From NCBI GenBank assembly GCA_950097015.1, contig CATNEN010000034.1:7626001-7690000 (forward strand): a DNA stretch of 64,000 nucleotides, read 5' to 3'. The translations under genes were made by a program, and so were the position numbers. Below the pieces are notes generated by a model. The model was not told the origin of the DNA. It saw only the letters and a list, made by a program, of their open reading frames with translations, and made no database searches. This stretch comes from Macrostomum hystrix (Eukaryota; Animalia; Platyhelminthes). Positions 38,783 to 47,600 of this stretch are shown piece after piece (the first letter of the stretch is position 1; each line of letters starts with the position of its first letter).

Positions 38783-41470
38783 AGATAAGACAGGGCAGAG
38801 ATGAGACAGGGCAGAGATGAGACAGGGGAGAGATGAGACAGGGCAGAGATGAGATAGGGGAGAGATTAGACAGGGGAGAGATGAGACAGGGCAGAGATGA
38901 GACAGGGCAGAGATGAGACAGGGGAGAGATGAGACAGGGCAGAGATGAGATAGGGGAGAGATTAGACAGGGGAGAGATGAGACAGGGCAGAGATGAGATA
39001 GGGGAGAGATTAGACAGGGGAGAGATGAGACAGGGCAGAGATGAGATAGGGCAGAGATGAGATAGGGCAGAGATGAGATAGGGCAGAGATGAGATAGGGG
39101 AGAGATTAGACAGGGGAGAGATGAGACAGGGCAGAGATGAGATAGGGCAGAGATGAGATAGGGCAGAGATGAGATAGGGCAGAGATGAGATAGGGCAGAG
39201 ATGAGATAGGGGAGAGATTAGACAGGGGAGAGATGAGACAGGGCAGAGATGAGATAGGGCAGAGATGAGATAGGGCAGAGATGAGATAGGGCAGAGATGA
39301 GATAGGGGAGAGATTAGACAGGGGAGAGATGAGACAGGGCAGAGATGAGATAGGGCAGAGATGAGACAGGGGAGAGATGAGACAGGGCAGAGATGAGACA
39401 GGGGAGAGATGAGATAGGGCAGAGATGAGACAGGGGAGAAATGAGACAGGGCAGAGATAAAACAGGGCAGAAATGAGACAAGGCAGAGACGAGACCGGGC
39501 AGAGATGAGACAGGGGAGAGATGAGACAGGGGAGAGATAAAACAGGGCAGAAATGAGACAAGGCAGAGACGAGACAGGGCAGAGATGAGACAGGGGAGAG
39601 ATGAGACAGGGCAGAGATGAGATAGGGCAGAGATGAGACAGGGGAGAGATGAGACAGGGCAGAGATGAGACAGGGGAGAGATGAGACAGGGCAGAGATGA
39701 GACAGGGGAGAGATTAGACAGGGGAGAAATGAGACAGGGCAGAGATAAAACAGGGCAGAAATGAGACAAGGCAGAGACGAGACCGGGCAGAGATGAGACA
39801 GGGGAGAGATGAGACAGGGCAGAGATGAGACAGGGCAGAGATGAGACAGGGCAGAGATGAGACAGGGGAGAGATGAGACAGGGCAGAGATGAGACAGGGG
39901 AGAGATGAGACAGGGCAGAGATGAGACAGGGCAGAGATGAGACCGGGCAGAGATGAGACAGGGGAGAGATGAGACAGGGCAGAGATGAGACAGGGCAGAG
40001 ATGAGACAGGGCAGAGATGAGACAGGGGAGAGATGAGACAGGGCAGAGATGAGACAGGGCAGAGATGAGACAGGGCAGAGATGAGACAGGGCAGAGATGA
40101 GACAGGGGAGAGATGAGACAGGGGAGAGATGAGACAGGGCAGAGATAAAACAGGGCAGAAATGAGACAAGGCAGAGACGAGACCGGGCAGAGATGAGACA
40201 GGGCAGAGATGAGACAGGGCAGAGATGAGACAGGGGAGAGATTAGACAGGGGAGAAATGAGACAGGGCAGAGATAAAACAGGGCAGAAATGAGACAAGGC
40301 AGAGACGAGACAGGGCAGAGATGAGACAGGGCAGAGATGAGACAGGGCAGAGATGAGACAGGGCAGAGATGAGACAGGGCAGAGATGAGACAGGGGAGAG
40401 ATGAGACAGGGCAGAGATGAGACAGGGCAGAGATGAGACAGGGCAGAGATGAGACAGGGCAGAGATGAGACAGGGGAGAGATGAGACAGGGGAGAGATGA
40501 GACAGGGCAGAGATAAAACAGGGCAGAAATGAGACAAGGCAGAGACGAGACCGGGCAGAGATGAGACAGGGCAGAGATGAGACAGGGCAGAGATGAGACA
40601 GGGGAGAGATGAGACAGGGCAGAGATGAGACAGGGCAGAGATGAGACAGGGCAGAGATGAGACCGGGCAGAGATGAGACAGGGGAGAGATTAGACAGGGG
40701 AGAGATTAGACAGGGGAGAAATGAGACAGGGCAGAGATAAAACAGGGCAGAAATGAGACAAGGCAGAGACGAGACAGGGCAGAGATGAGACAGGGCAGAG
40801 ATGAGACAGGGGAGAGATGAGACAGGGGAGAGATGAGACAGGGGAGAGATGAGACAGGGGAGAGATGAGACAGGGGAGAGATAAAACAGGGCAGAGATAA
40901 AACAGGGCAGAAATGAGACAAGGCAGAGACGAGACCGGGCAGAGATGAGACAGGGCAGAGATGAGACAGGGCAGAGATGAGACAGGGCAGAGATGAGACA
41001 GGGCAGAGATGAGACAGGGCAGAGATGAGACAGGGCAGAGATGAGACAGGGCAGAGATGAGACAGGGGAGAGATGAGACAGGGCAGAGATGAGATAGGGC
41101 AGAGATGAGACAGGGGAGAGATGAGACAGGGCAGAGATGAGACAGGGCAGAGATGAGACAGGGCAGAGATGAGACAGGGCAGAGATGAGACAGGGGAGAG
41201 ATGAGACAGGGCAGAGATGAGACAGGGGAGAGATGAGACAGGGCAGAGATGAGATAGGGCAGAGATGAGACAGGGGAGAGATGAGACAGGGGAGAGATGA
41301 GACAGGGCAGAGATGAGATAGGGCAGAGATGAGACAGGGGAGAGATGAGACAGGGGAGAGATGAGACAGGGGAGATGAGACAGGGGAGATGAGACAGGGG
41401 AGAGATGAGACAGGGGAGATGAGACAGGGGAGATGAGACAGGGGAGAGATGAGACAGGGGAGATGAGACA
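38783..41470. repeat. Minisatellite, 16-bp unit GAGATGAGACAGGGCA x~165
   Basis: Directly visible. Confidence 0.98.
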
Positions 41471-41674
41471 GTGGAGAGCTGCATCAATACGCTTGTTCCG
41501 ATTGAACTTGCAGGCGTGTGTCTGCAAGGTAGGTCTCTAGAATGGCTGGACTCTGAGAAGAGAGCAAGCAGGTGCATAGTAATAATGAAATGAAACTCAG
41601 CCGAGACAAGACGCCAGTGATCTGCGATTCCACTTGAAACAGATTAAAAAGTTGTGCGAGACAATTTAACAGAC

Positions 41675-44600
41675 TCACAGTAGGAGTGTGATCCAGGCTA
41701 GAATCTCCCAGACTGGCGTGGCCAATGCGATATTGGATCTAGTGAGTCTGGAAAGTGTGAGAGCACAGGGGGTGTGTTGAGGTCAGCTGATGAAGCAGTC
41801 AACACCTGACTGCTGTAGCTGAAATTTCCCTCACTTGAACGTGTCAACAAGGCGCCTGAGATCGTCGCTGATGCAATCCAAACTGACGCCATTAATTTTA
41901 ACAGCCTTCGAGCTGACAAAAGCGGTCAGCTTCTCTTGAACAACTCGACGCCGCAGGGTCGCCTGACTGGCCGAATCGACTGGCGGCATGCGGCGCGGCA
42001 GCTGCTGATTCTCAGCCTCCTCTGTTAATGATAAACTGTTTTATTGTAAAATGCGCGAACTAAACTACTGCTGGCCTGTGCGCAAGTAGGCAAGTAACGA
42101 ATTTTAGCACATTTTTGTTGTTAACCCACAATTTATATTCTCGAATGTTAAGCAAAATACATTAAAGCAATGCATAAGGTAGGAGACAGACAGGAGAACA
42201 TTGTTAGACAGCGGAGTAAAACTGTTAGTCACCAGAATCAAACTGTCAGACAGGACAATCAAACTGTTAGACAGCAGAATCAAACTGTTAGACAGGACAA
42301 TCAAACTGTTAGACAGGACAATCAAACTGTTAGACAGGACAATCAAACTGTTAGACAGAAGAATCAAACTGTTAGACATGTTAAACATCGGAGTAATACC
42401 TTAAGACATAGAAGCGTTAACGCACTAACGTACAGAAGGTAAAAAATTACCTGCGCTAGAAGCAATACGTTCAACAATTTTCACTGCAGTTGCACTTTTA
42501 GAAGCGAGTTTCACGTCCGCTTTATCCATTGATAGCTTATCCTCTTTGCTAGTCAAAGGAGTTGCGACTTCGTTGCCTAGCAACCGAACAGTGTCCTTGG
42601 CAACGCTGCTATCAGACAATCTAGAGGCCGGCTTGGTAATTAGTCGCTTTCTAAGAAACAGTCTAGTTGCCTCGGTGAACCACTCGGCCGCAATGCTGAA
42701 GGCGGCGGCCTCGGGGGTAGCGCGTTGCGAAGCCAGGTTATCACAAGTCGACTCGACAACCTGCGGCGGGTTGGGCTGTACTAGCTTGTCTAGCCAGGCC
42801 AGACTTGGTTGTCGATTGCTACTTATACTACTTGCATTAGTACTGACAGCAGGAGCAGCAGTAGTGGTAGTAAGAGTAGTCGGTTTCTCTTCTTTTTCTT
42901 TGGCTTCAATGCGTAGAAGCTTATCCAAATCTTCAGCCAGAGGATCCAAGTTGACGGGATCGCCGGGAGTCGGCTGAACACTTGACAGCAATTGGGACAT
43001 CCGGGCGGCCGCTGACAATGCGGAATATGACGAAGCGTCATCCGTTCGAAGCCAAAGCGGCGTCTCCGGGATCAGGCGATCGTGAACGCAGGCCGACTGG
43101 GCGAAACAAATGTCTGAGCAGTAGCACTGTGTTGAGGAGGATGCGATTGGCGGACCTGTTAGTACCTGTGTTTGCCCACAGCACCTGTGTCTGTCCATAG
43201 TTAGTACCTGTGTTTGCCCACAGCACCTGTGTATGTCCACAGTTAGTACCTGTGTTTGCCCACAGCACCTGTGTCTGTCCACAGTTAGTACCTGTGTCTG
43301 TCCTCAGTTAGTACCTTTGTCTGTCCTCAGTTAGTACCTGTGTCTGCCTCAGTTAGTACCTGTGTCTGTCCTCAGTTAGTACCTGTGTCTGTCCACAGTT
43401 AGTACCTGTGTTTGCCCACAGCACCTGTGTCTGTCCACAGTTAGTACCTGTGTCTGTCCTCAGTTAGTACCTTTGTCTGTCCTCAGTTAGTACCTGTGTC
43501 TGTCCTCGTAGTCATGCCGTAGTCTAATAGCACTCACGTATCGCTTTGCCGGTCAATCTAATATGTACATATCACTAACTCTCGCTCACTATGTACATGC
43601 CCCCCACGCGCACGTTGATCGTATCGGTTGCACGTTAAGGCAAATATATAAATACTGTCTCGCCCTACTTGGAGGGCTCACCTTTTTCTTCGCACCTCAC
43701 ACAGCGTGACTCTTGAGCTATTACATTGGCGTCGCAAGGCCGAACCATGGCCTTCCTACAACTGCCTCCACCAGCCCACTTTAGCATCAGAGACGACCCT
43801 CACTCTGTAAGCAAGCGCTGGCAGGAGTGGTCGACCAACCTTCTGCGGTACCTGGCGGCAACCGGCATCAAAGATGAGACGCAGAAACGCCAGATCCTTC
43901 TGTATACGGCAGGCAAAGAAGTGAGCGACCTGTACAACGAGATCGCCACCCAGTCGCAGCAACAAGAAGGCGAGCCCGCAGCCGAGCCCACGGTCGACCA
44001 GCTGATCGCACAGTTCAGCACGCACTTCCAAGGCCGCGATAACGTCGTCTTCATTCGATACCAGTTTCGCCACTGTCTCCAGGAAGAAGGCGAATCCATA
44101 GACGCTTGGCACAGCAGACTGTGGAGCGCCTCGGAAACCTGCAAGTTCGAGGGTCTCCGCCAGTCGCTCATCAGGGACCAAATCGTGGCCAGCTGTCGCA
44201 GCGAGTCACTGAGGAAGCGCCTGCTGAATATCCCCAACATCAGCCTGTCGGACACTCTCCAGCTGGCCAGGACGCACGAGGCAGCAGAGAAGCAGGCGGC
44301 CATCATGACCAGGACAGCGGCAGCCTCTGAGGAAGTGGCGCAACTGCGCCGCCAGCGCCACCCGCTGCCGGAACCTTCGCGTGAGTCGCAGCAATTTGCT
44401 AAGTGCATCCGGTGCGGCGAGCTGGGCCACAAGAGCTGCAGCAGGGCGCAAGGCAAGCGATGCAGCAGCTGCGGCAAGGCCAACCATCTGGCCAAGGCCT
44501 GCCTCAGCAGCCGCTCGAAGATTAACTCACTGCAGCCCGAGCAGGACCAGTCAGCCGACCAACCACCCAACGAGGTGTTCTGCACGCTCAGCGGCAAGGA

Positions 44601-47600
44601 CGACAGCGCCAAGTTCGTCATCAGAATCAACGGCAGTCCGGTCCGCACACTGATCGACAGCGGAGCGAGCTGCAACGTGTTGGACATGGCGACGTTCCAC
44701 AGAATCTGCCGGCCCGGCACGCCGCTTTCGCCGTCCAGCACCACAGTCTTTGCGCTTGGTGCCAGCGAGCCACTGAAGACAGCCGGCCAAACAACGCTCA
44801 CTGTCAGAGCGAACCACCGCGAATTGCAGGCCAATTTCATCGTCATCAGCAGCAACTGCACACCGATTCTCGGAAGATCGTCCAGCACAAAGCTCGGCAT
44901 GCTGAGAGTCGGACCTGAAGTCAGCACGAACTCTGCGGTGGTGGCCAGCCTAGCTAAGCCGGCCAGCAGTGAGGACCAGCACCTGCCCAAGCAGCTGCAA
45001 CTTCAGACAATCCTGGCGGAATTCAGCGACTGCTTTCAAGGCATCGGATGCGTGAAGGGAGTCAGCGTCACTATCAGGCTCAGGCCGGATGCCACTCCAG
45101 TCTGCCAGCCGCCATCCCGAGTGCCCGTTCACCTAAGGAATGCTGTAATCAAGGAGCTGGAAGATCAACTGGCACTGGGAATCGTCGAACGAGTGCGTGG
45201 TCCAACAGCCTGGTGCTCCAGAATGGTCGCAGTTCCAAAGGCCGAGCAGGGCGAGGTTCGCATCACCCAGGACCTCCGCGAGGTGAACAAGTACGTCATC
45301 CCAGAGAAGCAGCCTATACCCACATTCGAAGAGGTGACGGACGAGATGGCGGGCGCGACGTATTTCTCGGAGCTGGACGTCGCCAAAGCCTTCCACCAAA
45401 TTGAAGTCGCCGAGGAGTCTAGAGACCTGCTAACGTTCTCCTCACCCATCGGGCTCCTGCGGCTGCGCCGGCTCTGCATGGGCTTCACATCCGCCTCCGA
45501 GATCCTCCAGCGGGTGATGACCTCCGTCCTGAGTGGCCTCCCCGGCGTCCGCTGGGTGCACGACGACATCCTGGTGTACGCGAAAAACATTGAAGAGCAC
45601 AACCAGCGCCTGCGAGACTGCCTGGCCCGGTTGAAGGCTAGCAACATCACGTTGAACCCCAAGAAGTGCCGCTTCGCCCGGCCAGAGGTCGACTTTCTCG
45701 CCATGCGGCTCTCTGCATGCGGCATTCACCCAAGCGCCGAGAAAGTAGCGGCCATCAACAACTTCAAGCGGCCGACCAACGCAACCGAGGTGCGCTCCTT
45801 CCTCGGCCTCGTCACCTTCGTAGCGCGCTTCATCAGCAACCTGTCTGACAGGGCCCGGCCACTCCGCGAGCTGACAAGGCAGGCCGCCGAGTGGACGTGG
45901 GGCGAAAAGCAAGAGGCCGCATTCAACGACATCAAACAGACGATCGCCAGCAGCCACGCGCTGGCATTCTTCAATAGTGAGCTGCAGACTCAGCTGATCG
46001 TGGACGCCAGCCCCACGGGTGTCGGCGCCATCCTTGCCCAAGTTCAGCCAGACGGATCGACGCGGCCGGTGGCATACGCGAGCCGCAGCCTCAGCCCGAC
46101 CGAGCAGCGCTACTCCCAGACGGAGCGAGAGGCCCTCGCGGTGAAGTACGGCGGCCTGAAGTTCTACCACTACCTCAGCGGGGGTGGCAGTTTCAAGGTC
46201 ATCACCGACCACAAGCCGCTGATATCCCTGTTCAGCACGGGGTCTCGGCCGCCACCCCGCATTGAGCGCATGGCGCTGCGACTGCAAGACCTTGTCTTTC
46301 GGGTCGTGTACCAGCCCGGCGCCGGCAACCCGTCTGACGTCCTGAGCCGCCAGCCGCTGCCAATGCCACCAAACAACGTCGGCGAGCAGGCGGACGCGAT
46401 CTACGTGGCCACGGCAGTCCAAGCTGCCACTCCGGTGTCCATCAGCCTGGGCACAATCAAGGCGGCCTCCGAACGAGACGGCACGGTACAAGCAGCGCTA
46501 CACGCCATCCGCGGCCACCAATGGGACAAGAGTGACACGTGCCTGCAGGGACTCCATGGCGTATCCCACGAACTATCCGAGCTGAACGGCCTGCTGCTGC
46601 GCGGCAGTCAGCTGTACATGCCGACGACTCTGCGATACCGGTGCATGCAGCTGGCCCACCAGGGACACCAGGGCGTCAAAAAAAACGCTCGACCGCTTGC
46701 AAGCGAAGGTCTGGTGGCCAGGCATGCGAGCATCCGTGGAGGCGCACGTAGCAGCCTGCACCAGCTGCCTGACCTGCACCAGCGAGACCTCGCCGAAAGC
46801 CACGCCGCTAAAGCCGACCGAACTGCCGGAGGGCCCCTGGCTCGAGCTGGGGCTCGACTTCCTCGGACCGATAAACGGCAAGTCGCTGCTCGTCTGTACG
46901 GACCACTTCTCCAGGTTCCCGCTCGTGGAGGTCATGGCCAGCACCACCGCCTCCGCCGTCATCAACGTGCTACGCAGGTGGTATAGCATCTTCGGGCAGC
47001 CGACAAAGGTGACCACAGACAATGGCCCACCCTTCGCATCGGCCGAGTTCAGCAGCTTCCTGATGGATCAGGGCGCACGGCACCATCGGATCACGCCTCT
47101 CTACCCTCAGGCCAACGGCGCAACGGAGCGGTGCAATCAAGGGCTGAACAAGGCTATCCGCGCAGCGATCGTCGAAGGCAGGGACTGGACACTGGCCCTG
47201 GACGAGTACCTGGCAGCGTACAGACGCACTCCGCACTGCTCCACGGGCGTCGCGCCGGCCAGTCTGTTATTTGGCAGGCAGATCAACGATGTGATCCCGA
47301 GTCTCCGACACTCGCAGCCCGTCGACGCGACTCGACCGGCCATTGCCGACAGCGACAGACAGGCCAAGGAGGCTATGAAGCGGCACGCCGACCGACGCTT
47401 CAGAGCCGCCGACCACGGCATTCGCGCCGGCGACCGCGTCCTCAGGCGCCAGCAGCCCCGGCAAAAGACCGACGCCTTCTACGAGTCGGCGCCGTGGACC
47501 GTGGCCGAGGTGCAAGGCGACTCCCTGCTCATGCAGCGCGACGACGTCGTCTGCCGCAGGCACGCCACGCAGGTCAAGCGGCTGCCCGGGCAGCCTGAGC

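Noticed and set aside
25715-41577. Many 150-450-aa repetitive ORFs (HPIFPLS, MRLESDT, IPEFLRLSPFPS, LKAWRLRE, SLPCLIS etc.)
   Set aside because: All coincide exactly with tandem arrays, are open in multiple frames or strands, and lack splice or domain support.
43156-43157. Alternative RPAP2 exon 3 acceptor (TACTAACAG|GT) implied by ORF 42425..43282
   Set aside because: It is phase 1 whereas the upstream donor is phase 0, and it is too close to the branch A. The acceptor at 43127 restores the conserved K|CYCS motif.
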